Position numbers and translations under genes: made by a program | Notes under the pieces: generated by a model | Databases searched by the model: none | The model's input: only the letters and a program-made list of their open reading frames with translations | What the model was told of the DNA's origin: nothing | Shown: piece after piece, positions 15,001 to 30,000 of the stretch | Position numbering within the stretch: the first letter of the stretch is position 1 | Layout: each line of letters begins with the position of its first letter | Source: Nitrospinaceae bacterium | GTDB taxonomy: Bacteria > Nitrospinota > Nitrospinia > Nitrospinales > Nitrospinaceae | NCBI GenBank assembly: GCA_965237905.1 | Contig: OZ250172.1 | Location: 960,001 to 1,024,000 of the forward strand | Reading direction: 5' to 3' | Length of the DNA stretch: 64,000 nt

Positions 15001-18000
15001 TTCGCCAGGGAATTTATGTTGACGGTGGACTTGGCAAAACTGTTGCCACTGACGCCGGATATGCCTTCGACCAGGACCGAATCAATCGCCTCGACATTGA
15101 TCCGTGTCGCAACTTCCAGGACTCCGTTGGCTATGAGGTGGCTCCCTGTGCCGATATTGACCACCGCCTGAAACTTGTCCGCGCCGGTTCCAATATCGGT
15201 GGTACTGCTCAGGAAATCAATAGCGCCGCTTAATGCGGCCGTCTCGGATCGAAGGTTGCCGCCTTCAAACTTGTTCTTAGTCAGCTCGTTGATCGCGGTA
15301 ATTCGCAGAGAACCGGTATTGACAGTGACTCCGGTACCAATGTCGACGTTGGCTTTGCTCGTGACCTTGTTATCCGTAACGGCACCGGTTCCCGAACCCG
15401 CTGCGATCGTCACACTATCCGAACGAGAGTCGACGTCCTGCTCGTGAAAAGACGAAATCTCCAGGGCATCCGTATTCACCTGAACATCATTACCTATTTT
15501 CGCAACGGCCGCCAAGTCGCTGTCGATCCCGGAAAAACTGCCGGAAATCGCAACCACACCACCTTTGCCCGCGAAAGTATCCGCCTCCAGATCATCCCGG
15601 CTTATGGCGCCGATCTGAAGGAATCGGGCATCCACCACGGAACCTTGGCGTACGCTCGCCTCAACTCCATCTCCCCCGCCGAGGTTGATGTTAGCCACCA
15701 TAAACCCGGCCGCAAAGCCCCCGACAGCCACACCTTTTCCATCCGCCCGGGCCTTGGTGTCGAAGTCTGCCCTGACGAGGACGTCACGATTGACTGTGAC
15801 GCGTGAGAAATCGCCGATGAAGGCCTGAACATCGGGCCTCATGACCACAAAGCCAAAATTAATGGTCCCCGCTCCGACACCTCCGGCCAAGCCAAAAGCC
15901 TTGATCGTGGGATCGATATCCGAATCGGCCCGGATAACCACATCGTTAACGGCGTTGTCAAAAAGCTGCCCGATCTGAACACCGTTTCCGAGGAAGGCAT
16001 GGGTCGAGCCTGATACCGTAATCTTAACGTAGCTCGCTCCAATCGCAGCGAGACCACCCGCGATTTGAGCCGCATCGCCTTTGATCGTCCGGCTGTCCAG
16101 AGCTTCAATGGTCACCGTATCGGCAATATGGATCGCCCCGCCATCTCCGATAGATGCGAATTGGGAACTGTTGTCCTTGATGACAGTCACCGCGGCGCCC
16201 AGCCCGACATAGCCGAAGGCCCCAGCGAAGCCCAGCCCTTCAACATCATCTATTAATTGCGCACGGACCAGAACATCATCCCCGGCCATGACCTCGCCGG
16301 AAATCGAAGCAATGGTCGTACTCCGGACGTTCAGAACTACTATACCGGCACCAAAACCCACTATCCCGACGGCGAAGGCTCCCGCAACCACATCAACGGT
16401 CATTTTCTCGATGGCACGGACTTCAACATCGTCTAGAGCTACAATCATGGTACCCGAGCCGACGGTCGCGGAAACACCGGGTGGTGTGGCAACAACCTCG
16501 CCGATCTTGGCCTCCAGGTCTCCAGCTCCTGATCCATCCGCATTAAGTCTGGCAGAGGCATCGCCCATAGCGCTTACAGTTTGCGCCGGAGCCGTACTAC
16601 CGACATTCAAGGAATCCGCCAGTAAACTCGTCGCTCCTGCAGACTGACCATCGGCTTCGCCCTCGCCGGTATTAGAACCCTCTCCGGAACCATCACCCTC
16701 GCTTGCGCTCGCACTCTGCAGGACTTTATCGCCATTTCCGTCAGTTTCCTGGTTATTTTCGTAGGTCGAATCAAAGGCCGTTCCTATCGACCAGATGTTG
16801 ATAGAACCAGCCAGACCGACAATACCCAGGGCGCCACTGATTGACAGAGTATCCAGCTCCTTGATCGACAGCGCATTCACATCGACATCCACCGAGGCCA
16901 AAACTTCAGCATTCTCGCCAATCGACGCCGAAGTATCGTTTTTGATATTGCCCATGTCGATGCCCCCGGCCAACCCGGCCACACCCCCGGCCAGCGCGCC
17001 GGCAAAGGTCTCGACGCTTGTAAAATTGGTGGCGGAAACATTGACTCCCTGATCGGCACTGCCACCGATGTCTGTCGTGAACCGAACGATAGTTGGCGCG
17101 TCTTCCCCTATCGCGATTGTTTCGCTAACAAGCACTCCCGCGGATTCCAGCACAAGGGTTTGGCCGCCATCGGTGATATCAGCAATCTTGTGCGTGCCGG
17201 CATTGGGGGAGTTCTGGCCCGATACCGAGATGGTATCGCCAATTCTAAAGCCGTCGTTTTCCCAGCTTCCGGCATCCCGCGTGATCGTATCCGGACTGGT
17301 GTCGGTACTTTCAACAAACGTGAGGGTTTCGTCTGTCGACCGCACGAATGTCGGGGACGGGTCTGCAGTGACTCGGGTAATAACCGGCGCTTCTTCCCCA
17401 ACCGTGATCGTTTCGTTAAAGAGTTCTTGATCGATTTCCAGCACGAGGGTTTGGCCGCCATCGATGATATCAGCAATCGTGTACGTGCCAGAATTGGGGG
17501 AGACCTCACCATCGACCGAGATGGTATCGCCAATTGCAAAGCCATCGGTTTCCCAGCTTCCAATGCTTCGTGTGATCGTGTCCGGATTTATTAAGTTGCC
17601 GTCAACATCGGTTCCGGGATTCTCAGTAAACGTGAGGGTTTCGTTGGGCAACCGCTGGAATTTCGAGGACCGGTCTGTGTTGATGAGAGCCCGGTCGCCG
17701 ATGGAAGCCGTGGTGTCGGAATCGATGAGCGTGGTCAGCAGACCGCCGGCGAGTCCAAAGTAAAGACCCACGCCTCCCGCAACGGCGAGGGTGAACACGT
17801 CCTCGCTGGAATGAGCCTGAACCGCCACGCCATTCATGGTTTCGGTATCAAAGTTACTACCGGAAATATCCCCGGAGTAGATATCGGAGAAGCCGGTACC
17901 GTGACCATTGGCATTAATAATCGCATCGACGCCAATAAAAGCCTGGGTGTCTTTGGTGATGTTGACGGTTCCTACGGAACCGGCGGCACCAGCAGCCGCA

Positions 18001-21000
18001 ATGCCGACTCCCACAGCTCCGGCGATCGCGTCGATGTTGGTGGTATCGCTTGCTGTTACCAGTACGTCGCCCTCGGCATATACCGTGGCGTTGCTGTCGA
18101 TGTGAGCCTTGGTGGTGTTTTCGATACTCAGATATCCGACACCGCCGGCAATACCCACCACACCGCCGACAGCCACCCCAGCAGTGATGACGAGAAAATC
18201 CTCACTGCCGACTGCGGAAACGATGACGTCGTTGTTGGCCTGCACCAGCGCACCGCTTCCGATATAAGCATCAACGTTGTTCTTGATGAGACTGATTTCC
18301 ACGCCGGGCGCACCCGTGCCCGTACCGGCCAGTGCAACCCCGGCCCCAAAGCCCAGATGATAAAAATCGTTGGCAGCCGCGACAAGCACGTCTTGACCGG
18401 TGCTGGCACCGCTGAGGTCCGCGTTGATTTGTGCCTGAGCGCCGATAAAAGCCCGGGTATTGGTTTCGATAATGTTGCTGGAACCGCCGATGGCCACGGC
18501 GGCAGTACCACTACCGGCCAGGCTGACCCCGTAGGTTTCGAGATCGTCGCGGTTGGTGGCCGTAATGGCTACGCCCTGCAGGTCAGCCCTCCCTGGGTCG
18601 ATCGTCCGGTCCCCGGTGAAGGACGCATCAGAATTTGCGCTTTCGCCCACCGGATCAACCTCGCCGTCAGCAGAGCTGAGCCGAACGATGACCAGCGCGT
18701 TGTCGTCAACCGCGATCGTTTCGGTGGTCAGGACCTGGCTGGGATCCAACACAAGGGTTTGGCCCGCATCGGTAATATCAGCAATCAGGTAACTGCCCGC
18801 ATTGGAAGAACCCTCGATGGAGATGGTATCGCCAATTGCAAAGCCATCCGTTTCCCAGTTTCCAACATCTCGCGTGATCGTATCCGGATTCAAGTTACCG
18901 TCCACATCGGTTCCGGGGATTTCGTTAAACGTGATAGTTTCGCCTACCTCCCCTTGGAGTTCCGGAGTCGGAATAAACACCGCATCGCCGAAAACACCGG
19001 TACGGGCACTGACGGCCGGCTGCTGGCCCTTACCCGTCACCTGAGCCAACGAACCAATAAACGCTTCTGTGGTTTTATCAACGATAGCCACGGCACCTGC
19101 GGCACCGACGCCCACGGATCCGGCACCAACAAGATTGCCTGCGATAAGATCCATTTCCGTAGAAGTATCCGCGCTGACAATCACACTGCCATCGGCGTGT
19201 ACATTCGTGATATCGACACTACTCAGACCGAGAGGGCCATCGTTGCCGATGTAAGCCCGGGTCGTGGTGGTGAGATGATAAACGGCGGCCGAAATAATTA
19301 CCCCCACCGATCCGGAGGCCGCACCGGCCACTGAAAACGAGGCCAGGTCCTCAGTCGATAAAGCTTCAACGATGACGTTACCGTCTGCCGTCACATTGGC
19401 CGCGGCGGCGATGTAGGCCTGGGTATCTTTGTTGATGACAGCCGTATCCACACCCGCACCAACGGCTACACTACTGCTCAGACTGGCGGCACCGGCGAAA
19501 CCCAGGACATCAGTATTGCTACTAGCCTTAACCGTAACATTCGGGGCACTGTCATCGGCAGAAGTCGCATTGATAACGGCATGGTCGCCGATATAAGCAT
19601 AGGTATTTTCGGTCAGCAGATTGATGGTCGCGGAACCCGCGATTCCGGCAGTGGTAGAACCTGCTCCGGCGGCGGCTATGGAGAGGATATCCTCACTCGA
19701 GGTTGCCAACACGGACAGGCCTTGCGCTCCCATGGAGACGATATCAGCATTTTGGCCAACAAAAGCCTCCACGGTATCCGTCTTGATCAAGGTGGTATTG
19801 GCTGCGCCGATTCCTGCAGAATCACCAATACCCACACTGCCCGCGGTCATCGAAATGTCAGCCTTGCCGTCCGCAGAAATCGCAATGTCACCTTCGGCAT
19901 GTACAGTCGTAATGGCAAGAGGCGCGCTGTCGATATAAGCGCGGGTGCTGGTGTCCAGTGTGTATTCCGACCCGGAGAATGCGATTCCAGCCAAATTGCT
20001 GGCACCGAAGTTGGCCGCAACCGAGGTGATATCTTCTTCAGAATTTGCATCGATGACAATATCACCCCTGGCATTGACCGGTGCCGAACGACTGATGTAC
20101 GCCTGAGTATTTTTTGTAATTGTGCCGAAGTCTAAACCGGCGCCCACGCCGGCGCTTCCGCCAAATTGAATGCCGCCGGCAACAGCAATAATTTCGGTTT
20201 CATCCGATGCACGGACCAGAACATCCTGATTGACTCCGGCGCCCATGCCGGGCAGGTTGATTTGCGTGCCCTGGCCAATGTACGCGAGAGTTGTTTCATC
20301 TAAATTATTGACGATGATTGAGCCGTCGACTCCAACCTCGGCGCCATTGGCCGCTCCGGCAGTGATGGTCAATAGATCCTCGTAGGAATTGGCGACAACC
20401 GCGACGCCATGCATGTCCTCCAGAACCTTGGTGTCTCCACTCCTCTCACCGGTCAAAACACTGACGGTGCCTCCCAAACCTTTGGCCGTCACTACCGATG
20501 CGTCGTCGATGAAGGCTTCCGTACGATCGGTATGGATCACCGTGGAAAGTGATGCTCCGACACCGACCGAATCAGCGGAGATCGCAATATTTCCGATAAT
20601 GGTCTTGAATATAGCCTCGCTGTCGGCAGAGACTTTGACATTGGCGTCGGCCACCACCGTAGCCCCGGTAATAAAGGCCTGGGTCGTCGTATTAAGGGTA
20701 ATCACCGTGACGGCACCCGCGACTGCGACACTGCTGGAGCTTGCTCCGGCGACCACTGTTGTCAGGACATCCTCGCTTGAGGTCGCCAACACGGACACGC
20801 CTTGCGCTCCCATGGAGACGATATCGGCACCCTGACCAATAGAAGCCACTATGGTATTCGTCTTGACCAAGGTGGTATTGGATGCGCCGACTCCCGTAGA
20901 ATCGCCAACACCAACAGCGCCCGCGATCATTGTAATGTCGGCCGTGTTGTCCGCAGAAATCGCAATGTCACCTTCAGCATGCACAGTCGTCATGGCAAGA

Positions 21001-24000
21001 GGCGTGCTGTCAATATAAGCGCGGGTGTCGATATTCACTACCTGGACTGACACCGAGCCAGCTACGCCGGTAGTCCCTGCGATGCCTGCGTTCGCGGCGA
21101 TAGAAAGGATATCTTCATTGGAGTTCGCGTCTATTTCAATGTTCCCGTCCGATTCCACCTGGGCACCACTGCCGATATAGGCCCGCGTATCCTTGTCGAT
21201 CACGGCTACGTCCAGCCCCAGTCCCACGCCGGCGGCATCGGTCGACAGACCCAGCGCCCCTGCGACGCTCACTATATCTGTGGTACTGGTCGCTTGAACT
21301 ATCACCGATCCTTTTGGTGAGATGATGGCATCCTTATTAATCATGGAACCATCATCGATATAGGCTGTTGTTGTCAGATCGAAAACGTTGACGACCACCG
21401 CCGCCCCGACGCCCGTTTGCCCTTGGGTGGCTCCACCGGCAATAGCCATCGACATGAAATCGACGATATCAGTTTCCCCTAATAGTGTTTGGGTGAAAGT
21501 GATGGGAGCCAAATCTGTCTCGGCGGTAACGGACATGGTATCCGCTGCGTCGGCATTCCCTGCGATATACGCGGTTGTCATGGGATCCCCGCCCACACCT
21601 TCAAGAACTGTCACAGCCACAGATGCGCCGACCGCAGTCCCATCGGTGGAGAATCCTCCACCCGCGGCAAGAGTCTGAAGACCGATATCAGTCTCAGCAT
21701 CGACTTTCAATGTACTCTCAGACTTGAGGATCGATCCGTCGCGAGCTGAGGCCTCCGTAGAGAAGTCGACCACATTTATGCCGACAGATCCGGCTACGCC
21801 AACATCACTCTTTCCACCACTGGCAGAAGCCCCCCAGGCAATGAATTCGTTCCGCTCAGCACCGGTAGTAAGGGCCTCAATGATGATTCCGTTGCCCTCG
21901 ACCAGGGATCCAGAGTCGATGAATGCCCTATTCTCGACAGTCGCCACGTTCAGGGCGACAGCGGCGGCGACATTGATCGATCCGCTCTCAAGACTAATGG
22001 AGCCTCCCAAGGCCTTTGCAGTTGCATCCACTTCGGCCATGGCGCTCACCCGAACCGCACCTGCCGTATCAATGTCTGCACCGCTTATGATCGAAGCTGT
22101 GTTGGATACGTCGACAACATTCACCGCCACAGCAGCCGCCACACCAACGCTACTCGAACTATTGCCTGACTCAGAGTCCGCTGTGGCGCTGGCGCTGGTG
22201 ATCTCACCGCCTGCACTGGGCAAGGTTCGACCAAGGCCTCCATCATTGGTAAGTGAATTGTCGTTAACCTGCCCGTCCGCTTCATCATCGGAGTTTCGAG
22301 CGGACGAAGAGTTCCCGCCGGCACCTGCTTTTGCGATCACCTCACTTGTAATTGCCGATTCCGCAAGAATATCAATGGCACCGCTAGCGCTAATACTCCT
22401 GGCCACGATGGCATCTATCGTTTCATCAACAATATTGATGCCTACTGAAGCCCCCACTCCAACACTGTCTGCAGCCACATCAGCGCCAACAGTCGTTGTT
22501 ATCGAGCTGTTGTGGAGTGCATTCACCCCCACCGTGCCGGAGGCATCCAGAGCAGTGGTCCCGGTCCCGATCCGGGCTGTGGTGTCATTATCGACAATGG
22601 AGATCGCAGTAGACGGGGAGATGGCGATACTGCCGTCAGCCGCACCCGCCTCGGTGGTCGTAGTCACGGTGTGCCCCGCTGTCGTCGACACCAACACGTC
22701 ACCCGCCCCCGTGAGCCCGGCACCGTCCATTATCTCGGCCCGCGTGATGTTTATATCAAGTATATTCAGCGCCACTGACGCGCCGACACCCACATCACCA
22801 CCGGTCGCCGAGGTAGCCTCTACCGTGTGATCCGTGGTGTTCTCCGCCTGAAGGGTAACCGCACCACCCCCCGCATCAACATCCGCACCCGTCTGGATCA
22901 CTGCCTCAGTTCGGTTGTCCACATTATTCAGAGCAAAGGCGCCCGCAACCCCTACACTACTGTCCGGAGCGCCGGCGCCAGAGGTTGCGGTAGCCCCAAA
23001 CTTGTGCGTGGTGTCCCCTGTGGTGTTCATCAAGGCCCCGACATCTACACCCGTGGCTTCCACCGTACTCGAAGCACCGATCATCGCTTCGGTGGTCAGG
23101 CCCACCACATTGATCGCCACCGCCGCACCGATGCCCACACCCGCGACGGCACTACTGTCAGCGGTAGCTGACGCATCGGTATCACCGGCTGTCTGTACCG
23201 TAAGCTGGCCCGAGGCACTGCCTGACCCCGTAGCCCCATACACATTGTCCGAAAGTTTCGCGCGCGTCTCGGAGTCAGCCAGGTTCACCGCGACTGCAGC
23301 CGCAACACCCACATCCTCGCTACCACCGGCCCCATCACTGGATGTCGCATCAGGAGCATCATTCCCGGTACTCCCCTCCGTGGTTAGCGCGCGGCCGTGG
23401 CCCATTTGATTATCCGCTTCGGTATTGGCATCGTTCCCACCACTGCTCGGAGCTCCCTTGGCAGCCGCTTTCGCCCTCGTACTCGTCAGGGCCGCAGAAT
23501 GCGCCGTGATGGTCACAGCCCCACCAGCCCAAAGCTCACGCGTGAGTTCCGCCATCACGATGTCGTTGGCATCCGTAACCGCAACCGCTACACCCACCCC
23601 GACTTCACCGACCACACTGCCATCGGAGAGTGTCGTCACTGAACTGCTGTGGAGTGCATTCACCCCCACCGTGCCGGAGGCATCCAGAGCAGTAGTTCCG
23701 ATCCCGATCCGGGCTATGGTGTCATTATCGACAATGGCGATCGCAGCCGACGGGGAGATGGAGACATTGCCGCCAGTCGCACCCGCCTTGGTGGTCGTAG
23801 TCACGGTGTGCCCCGCTGTCGCCGACACCAACACGTCACCCGCTCCCGTGAGCCCGGCACCGTCCATTATCTCGGCCCGCGTGATGTTCGTATCAAGTAT
23901 ATTCAGCGCCACTGACGCGCCGACACCCACATCACCACCGGTCGCCGAGGTAGCCACGGCCGTGTGATTCGTGATGTTCTCCGCCTGAAGGGTGACCGCA

Positions 24001-27000
24001 CCACCCCCCGCATCAACATCCGCACCCGTCTGGATCACTGCCTCAGTTAGGTTGTCCACAAAATTCTGAGCATAGGCGCCCGCAACCCCTACACTACTGT
24101 CCTGAGCACCGGCGCCAGAGGTTGCTTTTGCAGTCAAGGTGTGCACAGCCGTCGTTTCATCTGAGCGGGACGCCATCGTTGCGCCCACCGTCAGAGCCTT
24201 GCTCTCGACGTTGATCAATGCGGGGATGTACGCCGTGTTGCTCACATCGGCAAGATTGATGGCAGCGGCTGCCCCAATACCAATATTGGTTTTTGTCACA
24301 CTGGCATCAGCGGTCGTAATGACATCGGCATTGGCGCTGGACTCGACCGCCAGACTGCCACCCACACTCAAGTCGCTCAGAACCGTCGCCGCAGAACTGA
24401 TATCCGCGATCGTTACGCCAACAGCAGCACCGATCCCAATCGGACCCCCACTGGAATCCGCATTCGGCGTTGTGGGTGAATCGTTGCCAGCGGCGCTTCC
24501 TGCATCGGCGGATTGCTCCTGCCCAAAAACCCGCTGTTTCCCTATTTGTGCATTCGCGCTACCCTCGTTATTCGCCTGCGACGAAGTCCCGGCGGCCGAC
24601 GCCTTCGCTATGCTCTCCCGACGGCCTACCACACGCGAAGAAATCTTCGATTCACCCGTACCCGTTGCCACGGTAGACCGCCAAACGGTCGCACCGACCA
24701 AATCCTTACCCAAAGTCAACGCCAAGGCAGCGCCAACCCCTACGCTGGACGCACCAGTGATCGTACCATCGGCTGTGGTGCTGACCGTACCCTCGTCCTG
24801 GGCAGCTTCAACCGACAGCGTCCCGCTCAGCGCCATCGGTCCCGCAAAGGTTCCCACCCGGGAGAAGGTCTCGACGTCTGCTATCGTGATCGCGACCGCA
24901 CCGCCGACACTCACATTCGCACCCGACGCACCCGCCTCGGCCAGAGTCGTAATCTTTGGCGTGGTCGTGGCTTTCAGACTCAGGTCGCCGACATTGGTCA
25001 GCGTTGCATTGTCTTCGATTTCGGCTCGGGTCAAGAGATCGACGATGTTCAGCGCCACACCGGCCCCGACCCCGGCCGTCCCGCCTGCCCCTTCAGTCTT
25101 TGCTTTCGCCATCGCCTCGGCACTCACACTGGCTTCTGCAATCAGCGAGACATCTCCCCCAACCACCGTCGCACCGTCCGCAACATACGCTTCTGTGATA
25201 ACATCGATGCTGTTCAACGCAAACGATCCAGCCACACCCACGGTCTGAGCACCGGCGCCAGAGGTCGCTTTTGCAGTCAAGGTGTGCGCAGCCGTCGTTT
25301 CATCTGAGCGGGACGCCATCGTTGCGCCCACCGTCAGAGCCCGGCTCTCAACATTGATCAATGCGGGGATGTACGCCGTGTTGCTCACATCGGCAAGATT
25401 GATGGCAGCGGCTGCCCCAATACCAATACTGGTCTCTGTCGCACTGGCATCAGCGGTCGTGATGACATCGGCATTGGCGCTGGACTCGACTGTCAGGCTG
25501 CCACCCACACTCACGTCGCTCATGACCGTCGCCGCAGAACTGATATCCGCGATCGTTACGCCAACAGCAGCACCGACCCCAATCGGACCTTCACTGGAAC
25601 CCGCACCCGGCGTCTGGGCTGAACCGCTGCCCGCGGTGCTTCCTAAATTGACGACTTGCTGCTGCCCAAAAACCCGCTGTTTCCCTATCTGTGCATTCGC
25701 GCTACCCTCGTTATTCGCCTGCGACGAGGTTCCGGCGACCGACCCCTTCGCCGTGCTCTCCCGACGGCCTACCACACGCGAAGAAATCTTCGATTCACCC
25801 GTACCCGTTGCCACGGTAGACCGCCAAACGGTCGCACCGACCAAATCCTTACCCAAAGTCAATGCCAGGGCAGCACCAACCCCTACGCTGGACGCACCAG
25901 TGACCGTACCATCGGCTGTGGTACTGACCGTACCCTCGTCCTGGGCAGCTTCAACCAACAGCGTCCCGCTCAGCGCCATCGGTCCCACAAAGGTTCCTAC
26001 TCGAGCAAAGGTATCGACGTCCGCTATCGTGATCGCGACCGCACCGCCGATGGAGGTACTACCACCTGCGACTCCGGCTTCGGCCAATGTCGTGACCTTC
26101 GGTGTGGTCTTGGAATTCAGACTCAGGTCGCCGACATTGATCAGCGTTGCATTGTCTTCGATTTCAGCTCGGGTCAAGAGATCGACGATGCTTAATGCAA
26201 CTGAACCACCCACTCCCACAGATTCACCTGCCCCTTCAGTCTTTGCTTTCGCCGACGTGTCAACCGAAACGCTGCTATCAGCATTGATAGACACATTTTG
26301 ATCGCCGCTTGAAACTGTGCCGGAGATTAACGCTTCCGTTACGACCGTTACCGTATTGAGCGCAAATGAACCGGCTACACCGACATCACTCGCCCCTGCT
26401 CCCGAAACAGCCTTGGCAGAGAAAGCACTCTTTTCATCCTTGGCCAATGTGCTTGCACTTATTTCAACGCTGCCCGAATCAATCTGACCGCTAATGAGCG
26501 CTTTTGTTGATATATCCCCGACATTGATCGCCACACCGACGCCGACACCGTCGCCACCGCCACTTACTGTAGAACCGTCCGCATTTGCGGCAACTGCAAG
26601 CTTACTCTGCCCGGATACTGCGATTGGGTTCTCTACTGCTAAAAAGCCCGGTGGAGCGGTTGTCGGTGAATCGATCTGCGCTAATGTGTCGGCATTAACG
26701 ATATTAAGAGAAATGGCAGCCGCGATTTGAAGATCTCCATCCGAGGTTTTTCCTCCGTTATTCTGCACTTCCGATTGCGTTTCAGCACCGTTGCCGGTGG
26801 AACCACCCGGGGTGGCAATAGACTTGGTGTCCACAGACAAATCCGTCTGTGCATTTATTGCAATCTCAGAGGGTTGCGATGCAATCAATACCGAGTCTTC
26901 GATGCGGGCTGTCGTCTCAACATCAACAAAGGCAACAGCAACACTACCGCCAACGGAACCTGTAGACCCTGAAGGCATCCCATCAGCGGTCGTTTTAACG

Positions 27001-30000
27001 GATACCGTGTTAATGGCAGAGATTTCCAGTGACCCATTGGCCGAAAGTGTTGTGGACTCATCGACATACGTAAGGGCATCACTTGTGAGAAATGAAAACG
27101 CGAATGTTGCGTTTAAACCCAGATCATTGTCTGACTCGTCTGCTTCGGCCAGCGCGCTTACGTCAACATTCGACGTAGACATTATTTTCAGATCTTCAGA
27201 ACTGGTGATGGAAGCACCACCGGTGATCACCTGAGCGCTGGATTGAGCGATGGCAAGAGCTACGGCAAATCCCGGAAACTTAAGCTCGAAACCAAGATCC
27301 TCAGTATCAACCGGCAGAAAATGCTCTGAAATACCGGTTACAGTCGAAATCGCACTGAGGGTGACATTGGCACCACTGATCGAGGCGCCGGAGCTGTCCA
27401 CACTCGCCGTTGACGTACCCAACAGAATCTGCTTGATGGTTTCATAGTTGAGAGTTACGGAACTTCCCGGGGCGAACGCTAATATGCTGGCCAGGAGCTC
27501 AACAATGTCTTTTTGGCTGATATCGATGCGTGAAGCGGCATTGATATTGACATCCCCAAAAGTAACAATGCTTGAGCCGGGGTCGAAAAGAATTGTTTCG
27601 GCGAAAAGGAAAAGATTTTTGTCTCCGAGATCGATGTCTCCGACAACCGTTAACTCATCGACACGTTCCCCTAAATCAACAATCACATCCAGTTCAGCGG
27701 GCAAGGCCAACAAATCGATGATTTTTTCATGGTCAGGGCCAAGGAATGTGGGGGCGCTTATTGTGAGGAAATTTTCGGTGACTATCCCAAAGCCGTCTTC
27801 GATAATCGTTTGCGACAAAGTGGCAATATCATCAGCGGGGAGAGAGAGTATATCGTTTAGAAATCGGTCTCTATCGGCTTCGACGGACAAATTGTAATAG
27901 TTCAGTCCATGGACGGCCCATACGGTGTCGCTGAACAACAAGAGCGAGTCGAGCGTGAACAAATTGAACTCACCGAAACCGACATCGATCAAAACGGCCA
28001 AGTCTTTGATGAAGCCGAATTTCTGACTACCCGCTATGGACGGATCAAACGTCAATTTGACAGCGCCGGACGTGGCGGTAAATACACCCAACACATCCAA
28101 ATTCAGTTGATCCATACTTAAATCAAGGATCTCGGTGTTAAAATCATACATCAAATCCACATCGGTGCCAAAGGCGGTCAAAAACGGCACGCCAGCCACA
28201 TCCACATTCAAATCCAATCGAGTAAAATTCATCTCAAAGACTGCCGTGCCAATATCATAGGAAGCCACAAAATCGGAGGCTGTGGCAGTGATCACCCCTA
28301 AAATATCCAGCGTTACCGGATCGGCCGTTAAGCCTAATTTTGTCGAGAAGGGACCGCCGGCCGTGTAATCGATACGTTCAGCAAACACGGTCAGATCCGT
28401 GAGAGTTAAAAACGAACCAAGGTTAAAAGTACCAAAATTTTTCTCGATTTTTCCAAGGGTAAACCCGTTGTTTCGAACGCTGAGCGATCTTTGGACCTGC
28501 TGTAGACCGGCCCCCGCTGCTATGATTTCCAAATCTGGTATAAAGCTAACGTCAAGGGTAGTATCAAAAGGCAACAAGGTGACGGATAGGTCCTCTACTA
28601 TTCCCAAAACCTCTTGTTCGGGAGGAGCATTCGAATCGTAGGTGATCACCACAGTGCTGGCATTGGCGGTCAATAGATTCTCGACTGTGAAATCGACCTT
28701 ATCGGCCGTCAGTCTCAAGATATTTGTATCTAAATCGAATGATCCGCTGATTGCGTTTCCATCTAAATCCGAGTCCGTTATGGATGCGGTGATCGTGTCA
28801 AAAATATTGATGGACGCACCTGCCGCGTTCAGTTCAATTATTTGATTTCCGGACTCAAGCTTAAAATCAACACGGGGTTTGTCTATTTTCAGGAAGTCGC
28901 CAACAACAATCTCGTCCAAGGTAACGGATCCGGTTGCGGTGAAGGTTGCGGGAGTATCGTCGAAGACATTATCGTCAGTAATAGCGATTGTTGCTGTGGC
29001 TTCAATTTCAGTATTCCCTATCTCACTCGTGGCCACAATGGGAAGAAGAATATCCAAGGCGCCGGTGACCGTCACCGCAACGTCGACGTCATCATTGATG
29101 ATATCCGTTATGGTCAGTCTCCCGTCTTCGGGAGTCAGGTCCGTGAGCGCGACACCGGCAGTAAAGTTAAATTGCGCCAGCGCATCCTTTATTCCCAGCT
29201 CTATAACATCCAAATCGGCCGAAAAATTTAAATTACCGGCACCCACCCGCGCATTAAGCTCGATGAAACCCACTTCGATAAACATATCGTCCAAGGTGAG
29301 CGGGTTCGCGTCGGGATCCTCAAAAAAATCATTTAAATCCAGCCTCAAGGACAATTGCGCATCCAGATTTACGGAAAGGCCAAGATCAACCTTATTATCC
29401 GAGGAATCCATGAATGGGAGGAGGCCGGACAGGTCCAGCTGGTAATCTATGTTTTTACCCAGCGAAAAGTTAATATCGAACTCAACGATGTTTGATGTGG
29501 TCAACCCGCCGGACACCGTTATCCCGATGTTTGAGAGCCCCTCCTCGGCATCGGCCCACAACCTGGTAATGTAATCTTCTATTGTCTGGTTTATGCCAAA
29601 ATACGTTGGGTTTTCGTCGAACGACACTACCCGATCGAAGTAAGCCAGAATAGGTTGGCCAAATTGCAGAAAATCCCCAAGGTCAGGGCCGGGAGAGTTG
29701 TGCACAAACCCGTTTAGTGTCCCGAGTCTTCCCTTAAGTCCGCCAATGGCTTTATTTACAACGGGGTTTCCGGTGATCGTTCGCGAAACAATACCTAACT
29801 CATTGGCACCTTGCTGAATAACCTCTTTGGCAGCGGCCGGAAGCTCTACAGGTTTACTGGGCGCCCCGATTTCTATTTGGTAAAACGTTGTAAAAGCCTC
29901 ATCAACCTGGGCAATACCAGGGAATTGTTTGTTAAATTCATCAACGATGCGTTGATAGGCAATTTTGATGCGTACAACGGACGCTACGGGTTGTTGGTTG

